Shown piece after piece: positions 26,195 through 33,582 of a stretch of DNA of 34,256 nt; within the stretch, counting starts at the first letter, position 1; each line of letters opens with the position of its first letter. Made by a program: the position numbers and the translations under genes. Origin of the DNA: Candidatus Binatus sp. GTDB lineage: Bacteria; Desulfobacterota; Binatia; Binatales; Binataceae. Where the stretch lies: contig JBAWCX010000161.1 in assembly GCA_049590495.1 (NCBI GenBank), positions 1 through 34,256 on the forward strand. The letters are read 5' to 3'. Under the pieces are notes generated by a model. The model was not told where the DNA came from, did not search any database, and worked only from the letters and a program-made list of their open reading frames with translations.

Positions 26195-26234
26195 AGTCCC
26201 CGATTTTCGCGCTCTCTCTGCAAAAATCGAAAAC
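26195..26234 (+). repeat. 40-nt element, copy 2 (partner 8765..8804 next to tRNA-Ser)
   Basis: AGTCCCCGATTTTCGCGCTCTCTCTGCAAAAATCGAAAAC matches the partner at 31/40 and conserves the same TTTTCG/CGAAAA pairing. Confidence 0.6.
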
Positions 26235-26348
26235 GGTAACCAGGAATTGTATTGTTGCGCGTGCAAGTGATAGGGCATGAGCTTGGGACTGCCAGTCCCC
26301 CGGTATTTGGAGTAACCCATCCAGATGAGAGTCGAGCGCAGTCAAAAC

Positions 26349-27359
26349 ATGCTTGTCACGCTGACACGAACGGGTATTTCAACCCACACCACGCCATCGC
26401 GATTGCACTTAGCCCGTGAGCATTTCGATCAACACAACTATCTGCGGATACCAGGTTTCATCGAACCCGCGATGCTCAGGGTGATTCAGCTTTCTCTGCA
26501 CAACGCTGCGTTCAAAATAAGAGAGAACGAGGTCGGGCGCGATCTAACGCTTGCGGACAACCCGTTGACCAATGTCTTTAAAATCCTGATGAACGATCCG
26601 AAGCTGTTCCGACTGATTCGACGGGTGACCGGGAGCGGTCCCATTGGATGCTTTGCTGGCAGGTTGTACCAGATGGTCGCGCGGCAGGGGCTAGCGTTCA
26701 CCTGGCACGATGACATGCTCAACGATCGAAAGGTCGCGATCTCGATCAACCTGAGTGACGCAGGCTACCGCGGCGGCACGCTGCAGATTCGCGATACCTC
26801 CCGCGGCGTGCGCGAGGATGTTCCGAACCTGGGTTTTGGCGACGCAATCATCTTCCGCGTTGCCGAGCATCTCGAACACCGCGTCACCCCGGTCGTAGGA
26901 AGAATTCCGAAGACCGCCGTTACCGGATGGTTCTGCTCGCGACCTAGATACTCCACGATTCATCGCGAGATGGTCGCCTTGTCCGAGTCAGCGATCGCTG
27001 TGCGCGCCGTCCGGAAACACGAGAGTCTCGCGTTGCCCAAACCAGACGACACAGTCAAACTCCCGAGCGCCGTCGTTTCTCAAACCTCGGGGCGCGAGAC
27101 GTTTGTAGCAAACATTGGCACCGCGATGTGCTACGGCTTGAATCAAACCGGCAGCCGGGTCTGGGAGCTCCTGGCACAAGGCTACGGGATGCGCACGATT
27201 GCAGGTACCATCGCAAGAGAATACGGGGTCCCGCGCCGCGAAGTGGAACATGACGTCCTCGCGCTGGCCCATCAGCTCGCACAACGCGATCTGATCAAGG
27301 TAGTTCGCAACACTGCCCCGCGACGAGTACGCATGATAGCAGGGGCGGCCAGCCGCTAG
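26349..27359 (+). CDS. fusion protein: prolyl-4-hydroxylase-like 2OG-Fe(II) oxygenase + C-terminal PqqD/RRE domain (array copy 1)
   Basis: N-terminal domain: FTWHDDMLNDRKVAISINLSDAGYRGGTLQI...GDAIIFRVAEHLEHRVTPV..R.T..GWF (HxD...H, P4H-like). C-terminal domain: ETFVANIGTAMCYGLNQTGSRVWELLAQGYGMRTIAGTIAREYGVPRREVEHDVLALAHQLAQRDLIKVV, a PqqD pattern. The start is taken at MLVTLTR by homology with the paralog; the ORF opens at 26325. Confidence 0.8.
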   Translation: MLVTLTRTGISTHTTPSRLHLAREHFDQHNYLRIPGFIEPAMLRVIQLSLHNAAFKIRENEVGRDLTLADNPLTNVFKILMNDPKLFRLIRRVTGSGPIGCFAGRLYQMVARQGLAFTWHDDMLNDRKVAISINLSDAGYRGGTLQIRDTSRGVREDVPNLGFGDAIIFRVAEHLEHRVTPVVGRIPKTAVTGWFCSRPRYSTIHREMVALSESAIAVRAVRKHESLALPKPDDTVKLPSAVVSQTSGRETFVANIGTAMCYGLNQTGSRVWELLAQGYGMRTIAGTIAREYGVPRREVEHDVLALAHQLAQRDLIKVVRNTAPRRVRMIAGAASR

Positions 27360-27366
27360 ACAAGCG

Positions 27367-27399
27367 ATGCTTGCCAAACTGACACGAATCGGTACTTCT
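27367..27399 (+). pseudogene. 5' stump (11 codons, MLAKLTRIGTS) of array copy 2 of the oxygenase-RRE gene
   Basis: The junction ..gcgATGCTTGCCAAACTGACACGAATCGGTAC aligns with the starts of copy 1 (ATGCTTGTCACGCTGACACGAACGGGTAT) and copy 3 (ATGCTTGCCACGCTTACACGACTTGGGAT). Homology stops about 15 nt before the stop codon of the membrane-protein gene. Confidence 0.7.
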
Positions 27400-27413
27400 T
27401 GCTCCGGTGCAGG

Positions 27414-29090
27414 CTACTTCAGCTCCCATGCTGAGGTGGTGGGTCCAAATTCGGGAGTCAGATCCTGGACCTTGTGATAGTGTGCGTGCAGATAGTCGCG
27501 GACTGGTTGAATGTGATCGCTTGAAGCGCCGCAAAGTGACTCGTCAAGGTCACCATTCCACAAGATAAATCGCGGCGCGTGAAGCTCGAGGTCGCGAAGC
27601 ACGTCGTCGACCTGTTCCGGGCGGGTGAACTCGCATGGCGTCAGCCACCAGACCTTGGTGGGATTCCTAAGACCCAGCCAAAAGTAAAGATTGCTGCCGA
27701 GCGCCTGAAACACGTAGTCACCCTGATGAGTTCGCGCGGCGAACCATTGAAGCTGGGAAAGCGGGTCGTCAACCGAGAGCGCGATGCGCCCGCTCGGGGT
27801 TTCGATGGAGTAATACCAGTTACGCTGCGACGCGCGAATGTCGGAAACCATTGCGAGTACCGCAATCACCGTCAGGATTCGTATGACAATCACTCCCAGC
27901 TTCGTTTCGATACTCCATACTGCGACCAGGAACGCAGGGAGCGAAACTACTGCGATCCTCCAGTAGCCCGCCGAATTGACGATCGACGCGAACATCGCCG
28001 CGCCGACGAAGTTCAGTAGAACTATGCGGCGCCAGGTATCCCCGCGCGACGATTCAGGCGAGGGCTTGAACCAGATTGCTGACACAATGTAGACCCACGG
28101 GACAAGCAACCCCAATATCAGGTCGCGAACCAAGTGAAAGTCGCGATGCATCGCGCTCGATACGATTTCGATCAATACGTAGTTCGACCATCCGGCGCCC
28201 AACCCCTCACTCCAATATTTGAGGGGGAAGACTATAGTTGAATTGAAGAATGCTGTCGGGCCGGCTAGCCACGAAAAGTAAGCTACACACGCGGCGACGA
28301 TAATCGCGGTGGGAGTGAGGAAGCTCGCGCATTCTTTAATGAGAGTGGTTGTGTCTCTCCCGTCTTTCCAAGCCTCCCAGACCAGAAAACCGAGAACTCC
28401 GACCGTGGCGAACGCACCATGGTGCTGCGCGAAACATGTCGCCACGCCGATGAGTGCTCCCGCAACAAGAAGGCGCGAGCGCGATCGCTCACGGGCCAGG
28501 ATTGCGATCGCAAGCACAATCGTGAGAGCGGCGTACCAGTGCGGCGACGCGTCCAGGTACGTACGATACGCGGCGAACAGAAACAGAAATCCGGAAAATA
28601 TCGCGGCCTCACGCGACATCAACATGCCGCCAAGCCAAACTGCGGCCGCGAACAAACCTAGCCCCAGTACTACTAGGCAGGCATTGGGTATCCATGCCCG
28701 CGCGCCGAATCGGTCGATTAGAAATGCGTAGAGGTAATCGATGCCCGGCAGGTAGTACTCAAAGAAGTCGCGGTAGATTACCTGTCCCGACGAGAGCCTG
28801 GCTGCGGACGCTAGGAATATCTGGTCATCGTAACCACGCGCCATCGGAATTGCGGGCCGAACGAATAGATTGAGAACCAGGTAGGCCGCTGCAAATAGAA
28901 ATGCGGCGAGTAGTCCCCAGCGGCGGCGCCCGAAGAATCGCGTCGAACTTCGGGACTCGGCGTTCATTGTCGCTCCGCTTCGATGCAAATGATTGAAGCG
29001 CCTCACGCGTGTCGGCGGCCAACCTTTCACATTTATCGCAGTTGAACAATGCGGAACCGCTGCCCGCTGGTTGGACTCGGCTCGCGACAT
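27414..29090 (-). CDS. GT-C-fold (ArnT/PMT-like) membrane glycosyltransferase candidate
   Basis: Many TM segments. An acidic motif sits in the first loop (ARGYDDQIFLASAARLSSGQVIYRDF), as in lipid-linked-sugar transferases. There is a C-terminal soluble domain. The likely true start is ATG 28967 (MNAESRSS..RRRWGLLAAFLFAAAYL). Confidence 0.65.
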   Translation of the reverse strand: MSRAESNQRAAVPHCSTAINVKGWPPTRVRRFNHLHRSGATMNAESRSSTRFFGRRRWGLLAAFLFAAAYLVLNLFVRPAIPMARGYDDQIFLASAARLSSGQVIYRDFFEYYLPGIDYLYAFLIDRFGARAWIPNACLVVLGLGLFAAAVWLGGMLMSREAAIFSGFLFLFAAYRTYLDASPHWYAALTIVLAIAILARERSRSRLLVAGALIGVATCFAQHHGAFATVGVLGFLVWEAWKDGRDTTTLIKECASFLTPTAIIVAACVAYFSWLAGPTAFFNSTIVFPLKYWSEGLGAGWSNYVLIEIVSSAMHRDFHLVRDLILGLLVPWVYIVSAIWFKPSPESSRGDTWRRIVLLNFVGAAMFASIVNSAGYWRIAVVSLPAFLVAVWSIETKLGVIVIRILTVIAVLAMVSDIRASQRNWYYSIETPSGRIALSVDDPLSQLQWFAARTHQGDYVFQALGSNLYFWLGLRNPTKVWWLTPCEFTRPEQVDDVLRDLELHAPRFILWNGDLDESLCGASSDHIQPVRDYLHAHYHKVQDLTPEFGPTTSAWELK

Positions 29091-29117
29091 TTACAAGCGC
29101 AAACCAGTAGACTAAAA

Positions 29118-29201
29118 TTCGCACAACACGATCTGGTCAAAGTAGTTCGCAACACTGCCCTGCAAAAAATCTGTACGATATCTGCGTCGGCCTGCAGCTA
29201 A
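29118..29201 (+). pseudogene. 3' stump (27 codons + stop) of array copy 2 of the oxygenase-RRE gene
   Basis: It encodes FAQHDLVKVVRNTALQKICTISASACS-stop, against LAQRDLIKVVRNTAPRRVRMIAGAASR-stop at the end of copy 1. The following spacer and the ATGCTTGCC start of copy 3 are also colinear with the copy1/copy2 junction. Confidence 0.75.
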
Positions 29202-29208
29202 CCAACAG

Positions 29209-30180
29209 ATGCTTGCCACGCTTACACGACTTGGGATTTCATCTGACGTCACGCCATCCCAATTGCGCGCGGCCCGTGAGCATTTCGACCAGCACAACTA
29301 TCTGCGAATGCGAGGCTTCATCGATCCCGGCCTCTTCCGCGTGATTCAGCGGTACCTCCGCGGCGCGGTGTTCGAAAGACAATTCTGGAACAGTGGGCAC
29401 GATCTCACGATCTCGAATAGCCCCCTGGCCGATGTCGTCCACGTTCTGATGAACGATCCAAAATTGCTCCGGCTAGTTGGGCAAGCCACGGGATGCGGTC
29501 CAATCGCATCCTTTAAGGGCCGCATTTACCGAATGGTCGCGCGCAAGGGACTGAGGTTCGATTGGCACCCTGACATAAAAAACGATCGGAAAGCCGCGAT
29601 CTCCGTCAACTTGAGCGACGCGGAATATGGCGGCGGGACCCTCGAAATTCGCGACAATTCCAGCGGCGTACGCGAGGTAGTTCCGAACCTCGGGCCGGGC
29701 GACGCGGTAATTTTCCGTGTCGCAGAGCATCTCGAGCACCGTGTCACCCGAGTGACGGGGAAGGTTCCGAAAACCGCCATCGCCGGATTCTTCTGCTCAC
29801 GACCACGGTACCGTTCAGTACATCGGGAGTTGGTGGCCCGGTCCGAATCCGCTATCGCTGCAGGTGCCGGCCGAAAAAAGCGGCTCGCGTTTCCCTCACC
29901 AAATGACGTCGTGAAAATCTCGGCCGCAGTCATATCTCAAACCGCACGGCGCGAGACCTTTGTGGCGAACGTCGCAACCGCAATGTGTTACGGCCTGAAT
30001 CAAACCGGCGGCCGAATTTGGGAACTCTTCGCCGAGGGCCTCGCGATGCGCTCGGTAGCAGACACCATCGCACGCGAGAATGGCGCGCCGCGTCGCGACG
30101 TCGAGCGGGACGTCCTCGCACTCGCCCGCCAACTCGCGCAACGTGATCTGATCAAGGTAGTTCGCGCCCAGTTAGATTAG
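29209..30180 (+). CDS. fusion protein: prolyl-4-hydroxylase-like 2OG-Fe(II) oxygenase + C-terminal PqqD/RRE domain (array copy 3)
   Basis: 323 aa and colinear with copy 1. It has FDWHPDIKNDRKAAISVNLSDAEYGGGTLEI, HLEHRVTRV, and the RRE part ETFVANVATAMCYGLNQTGGRIWELFAEGLAMRSVADTIARENGAPRRDVERDVLALARQLAQRDLIKVV. Confidence 0.8.
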   Translation: MLATLTRLGISSDVTPSQLRAAREHFDQHNYLRMRGFIDPGLFRVIQRYLRGAVFERQFWNSGHDLTISNSPLADVVHVLMNDPKLLRLVGQATGCGPIASFKGRIYRMVARKGLRFDWHPDIKNDRKAAISVNLSDAEYGGGTLEIRDNSSGVREVVPNLGPGDAVIFRVAEHLEHRVTRVTGKVPKTAIAGFFCSRPRYRSVHRELVARSESAIAAGAGRKKRLAFPSPNDVVKISAAVISQTARRETFVANVATAMCYGLNQTGGRIWELFAEGLAMRSVADTIARENGAPRRDVERDVLALARQLAQRDLIKVVRAQLD

Positions 30181-30374
30181 ATTGCCACGGATCTTGATCG
30201 GACTGTCCTGGCCTTGTCTGGTAGTTCCGACATGTCACCTTGTTGACGAATGCCAGCGAATCGGAAGGCAGGTCGACGGCATCGTGACGCAAGGTTGGCA
30301 ATGAATACCGGGCTTGTATAACGTGATTCCCGAAAAGTCTTGCCCGACGTCACGCGCTGTGCGCGACGATTGAA

Positions 30375-31571
30375 ATGAATTCTCCCGTATCACGGACGCC
30401 TGACACCGAGCGCGAGCTGTTGCTGCGATGCTGCGCGGCGTCCGGGCCGATGACGGATCGCGCCGCGATGGGGGAGTGCGCCGGGCGCCGCGTCGATTGG
30501 GATCGATTTCTCGCGCTGGCCGATCGTAACCGCGTCACGCCAATGGTGGGCGCGCGTCTCGGCGCCGAAGGCATTGCCAATCCTCCTCCATACGTCGCCC
30601 GCGCGCTCCGGTTCAGCTACGAGATCAACGCACTGCGAAACAACTATCGCGCCGGCTGCGTAACGGAAATCGTCGATTCCTTTGCGGCCGGCGCCGTCCC
30701 CGCGATTGCGATCAAGGGTCCGGCGCTTGCGATTGCTGCGTACGGTGACGTGGCAATGCGGGTGTTCGACGACCTGGATTTCATGGTGCGGCTTGCGGAT
30801 CTGCGGCGTGCGGCCAAGGCGCTGGAGCGAGTCGCCTACGCGTCGGCAGTCTATCGGCCCGAGGTTGTCGAAAGCGGATTTTTTCCCGACACGTCGCTCG
30901 ACTTCTCACGCGAGGACAGCGTCGTGGACCTCCATTGGGCGTTGTCACCTGGATACTTCCCGTTTGCTCCCGAAGGCGAGCAAGTTTGGAATCGTACCGT
31001 CGAGATCGAGCTGCTCGGCAGGCGCGTCCGCGTGCTCGGTCCCGCCGACTCGATTCTGTTTCAGGCCTGCCATGGCTCCAAGCACGGCTGGATGACGCTC
31101 TCCCAGATCTGCGACTTCGCCCACCTGCTCGCGACCGCCACGACCGTCAACTGGACCAGCCTTCTCGACGACGCCCGGCGGACGCAAAGCCTTAGAATGG
31201 TCCTGCTCGCGGTGCACTTGACGCATTCGCTCGAGCTTTGCGAGGTGCCCGCCGAATTGCTCGACGCTGCCCGCCGCGATTCGCACATCGCGTCGCTCAG
31301 CCGGCGCGTTACGCAGGGTATTTTCGATTCGAGGCGTGCGGTTAAGTTGGACGATTGGTCGATAGCACTCGGAACCATCGAATCGATGCGCGGCCGCGCC
31401 AGATACATCGTGCACCGCATGATTACCCCCAAGATGAGCGACCGCGCGCTGATGCCCTTGCCGCGCGCGCTATACCCGCTGTACTACCTGGCGCGTCCGC
31501 TGCTAGTGGCGATCAAGCATCGCCAACGGATGTTTGGCAAACGCGAGACTGCTGGGCTGCCGCGGATTTGA
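30375..31571 (+). CDS. uncharacterised nucleotidyltransferase family protein (NTP_transf_5 / PF14907-like) of the kind found in kinase-containing lasso clusters
   Basis: 398 aa with DWDRFLALADRNRVTPMV, AIKGPALAIAAYGDVAMRVFDDLDFMVRLADL and VVDLHWAL, the pattern of this family. Confidence 0.7.
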   Translation: MNSPVSRTPDTERELLLRCCAASGPMTDRAAMGECAGRRVDWDRFLALADRNRVTPMVGARLGAEGIANPPPYVARALRFSYEINALRNNYRAGCVTEIVDSFAAGAVPAIAIKGPALAIAAYGDVAMRVFDDLDFMVRLADLRRAAKALERVAYASAVYRPEVVESGFFPDTSLDFSREDSVVDLHWALSPGYFPFAPEGEQVWNRTVEIELLGRRVRVLGPADSILFQACHGSKHGWMTLSQICDFAHLLATATTVNWTSLLDDARRTQSLRMVLLAVHLTHSLELCEVPAELLDAARRDSHIASLSRRVTQGIFDSRRAVKLDDWSIALGTIESMRGRARYIVHRMITPKMSDRALMPLPRALYPLYYLARPLLVAIKHRQRMFGKRETAGLPRI

Positions 31572-31891
31572 AGATGTGCGGCTACTATTCAAGTGGCGGC
31601 TTTTGGATCAGCGCTTCGGCCACTTCCAGGAACTTCCCAGCCTTGAGCTCGCGTCGATGGTGGATTCGGATCGATTTCGCTACATGACGAAGTCGCTGGC
31701 TCAAGGTCGGCAGCAATCCCGCCGGTTGGCCCGGGAAAAGCTCATCTCTTACGTGAGGCCGGGGCACGACACCCCTGCTGACAAACTCGGATCCGATGCT
31801 GATGCGCGGCCCCGACGGCTGATGACACTTCGAGCCCCAATGAATCATCTGAGGATCCCAGCCAAGGACTGAGCGGGCCGCCGCCGGCAGA

Positions 31892-32043
31892 GCCATGCAT
31901 GAGTGCAACAGTTCCAGACGAAAGCTTCGAGACGACGCGATGCAGTCCTAGTTCCCGGATGCGATAGCGAGCCGGTCGCGGCGTACACCACTAAACGACG
32001 CATCCGAGCTTCGAGTTTCGGAGCCGAGTTTCCACTCGAGCCT
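31892..32043 (+). pseudogene. remnant of a second HprK-like kinase gene (frameshifted, stop-containing)
   Basis: One frame reads AMHECNSSRRKLRDDAMQS-stop. The next frame reads VPGCDSEPVAAYTTKRRIRASSFGAEFPLEP. Compare SSHPSIKLRDDGIQFLKPGGDSEPVAEYTAKRRVPASSFGTAFPLEP in the intact kinase (15077..16165). A weaker resemblance (LLTNSDPMLMRGPDG vs FLTDDCLVIDEQGG) may extend it back to about 31770. Confidence 0.6.
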
Positions 32044-32076
32044 GGCCGTCATCGATGCCGGTTTCCACTTCAATGC

Positions 32077-32601
32077 TCAGGGATTTTCAACTGGAACTCG
32101 CTCGATACCATCAGGCTTCCCAACACAATGATCAGCGACGGGCATCGGTGCGTAGCTTCGATGTTCACCTTCGCCGGTAACAATTCTGTCGCCACATTCA
32201 AGCCATGCATGACCGGTCAGAGCATCAGCTGAATTTTTTGCGACTCCCAGTCGGATTTGGCTGCTGACGCCGCGACGCGCGAGCATCTCGCGCCCGGCGA
32301 TCGCTCTCACGAGGCAATTCTTAGCAGTCGGTACGATACGGCCGGCCGTCTCGACCGCCCAGCCGATTCTTGCAGCATCCGTATCGGCAAACACCGCCTC
32401 AGTCTGGCGCGCCACGGGTTGCAGAATTTTGCGGATCGGAACGAACATCACCGTAATTCGGGCCTTGATGACCGAGATTATGGCCGATGCGAGCAGCCAG
32501 CGATCAGGCGCCGCCAGCTTGAAGAATTTACGCAACCGCGTTTGCATGAGGAGACCTGTCATTGACCTTAGACGTACTAGGTCATCAGTGGCAACTCCCA
32601 T
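32077..32601 (-). CDS. lasso peptide B2 protein (transglutaminase-core-like Cys protease, leader peptidase)
   Basis: AKNCLVRAIAGREMLARRGVSSQIRLGVAKNSADALTGHAWLECGDRIV is the Cys...His...Asp core pattern of stand-alone B2 proteins, preceded by a hydrophobic helix. An alternative start at ATG 32562 has a better SD. Confidence 0.8.
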   Translation of the reverse strand: MGVATDDLVRLRSMTGLLMQTRLRKFFKLAAPDRWLLASAIISVIKARITVMFVPIRKILQPVARQTEAVFADTDAARIGWAVETAGRIVPTAKNCLVRAIAGREMLARRGVSSQIRLGVAKNSADALTGHAWLECGDRIVTGEGEHRSYAPMPVADHCVGKPDGIERVPVENP

Positions 32602-32755
32602 TGTATCGAGAGCGTCACGGATTTAGACTAGCACACTGTTCGAGGGGGAACCCAATTTTTGGGCAACCGCCGACCGCGAGTTGGGGTGCAAACGGCTACT
32701 AATTCCAGATCGTACCCAAGCCCCGCGGCGTTCGGTGAAGCCGTGCACGTGACGC

Positions 32756-32872
32756 CTGGCGTGAAGGTATAATTTTGTCGCTTATCCTTGACGAGCATCG
32801 CGAATACCTGAACAACCGTCCACGAGTTTCGGCATTCGAGCGGGCGATTTCCGAAGTAGTCAGGCCTGGCGA
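32756..32872. repeat. right arm of 117-bp inverted repeat (partner 12953..13069)
   Basis: See the left arm. It covers the SD (GAAGG), the TTG start at 32775 and the first ~33 codons of the methyltransferase gene. Confidence 0.8.
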
Positions 32873-33422
32873 CGTGCTCCTTGACTCGGGATCGGGCACC
32901 GGGATACCAGAGCTCTTCGCGCTGAAAGCCCTCGCGTCGCGTGTCTAAGCGATAGACGCCAGCGGACTCACGCAGCTGGAGCGCGAAATCTTCGCGGCTA
33001 ACGGATACGCGGATCGCGCGGTTTGCATTAAAGGGTTATCAACTCGCGTCAAGCTGCCGGAGAAAGTAAACGTCATCATCGGCGACTTGATCGGGCGCTT
33101 CGGGATTGACGGTGGACTAGTCGAGTATTTCGCCTACGCGCGCCATCGGATGGCGCAGCCCGACGTGCGCCCGGTTCCATCCAGGGTTGATCTGTATATT
33201 GCCCCGGTCGAAGCACCACAGACCTGCCGGAAGTTGATTTCTGGAAAACGTCTCCCGCGGGCCGGCGAGATCCGCATCTTTACCCGGACCGAGTCGCCAC
33301 CATGCACCGCGGTCGGCGGATCAACCGGAAAGAATACCCGTGTAGCTCTCTCCTTGAGCCGCCGGACACGGAAGCAGCGCGGTGCCTCACTCCGCGATCG
33401 CGCTGGGCGAAGCGTAGAGTAA
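32775..33422 (+). pseudogene. PRMT-like class I SAM methyltransferase gene with in-frame TAA (32946-32948) and degenerate 3' part
   Basis: A single frame encodes LSLILDEHREYLNNRPRVSAFERAISEVVRPGDVLLDSGSGTGIPELFALKALASRV(stop)AIDASGLTQLEREIFAANGYADRAVCIKGLSTRVKLPEKVNVIIGDLIGRFGIDGGLVEYF... This gives the H..ML.D..R...Y..AI motif, motif I (LD.G.GTGI) and post-I/II motifs. Resemblance fades after about 33250. Confidence 0.6.
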
Positions 33423-33582
33423 TTCTTCGAACATTCAGGGTGGGTCGTTGTTGACCAGGGCGCCTAAGCCCAACCTCTACCGTCGCTATCTGCGCAGCCG
33501 CGGATCGCTGGAGCTGGGCTGCATAGGAATGACCCGGGTGTTCAGCGTCTTCGCCCGACCGCTCCTCGGCATACTCGCTGTG

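Noticed and set aside
31574-31687. A 37-codon ORF (MCGYYSSGGFWISASATSRNFPALSSRRWWIRIDFAT) starting 3 nt after the nucleotidyltransferase stop, considered as a second precursor.
   Set aside because: It has no leader motif and no SD. It lies where the N-terminus of the decayed second kinase would be (compare YRLCGFSLISD in the intact kinase), so it is probably pseudogene sequence.
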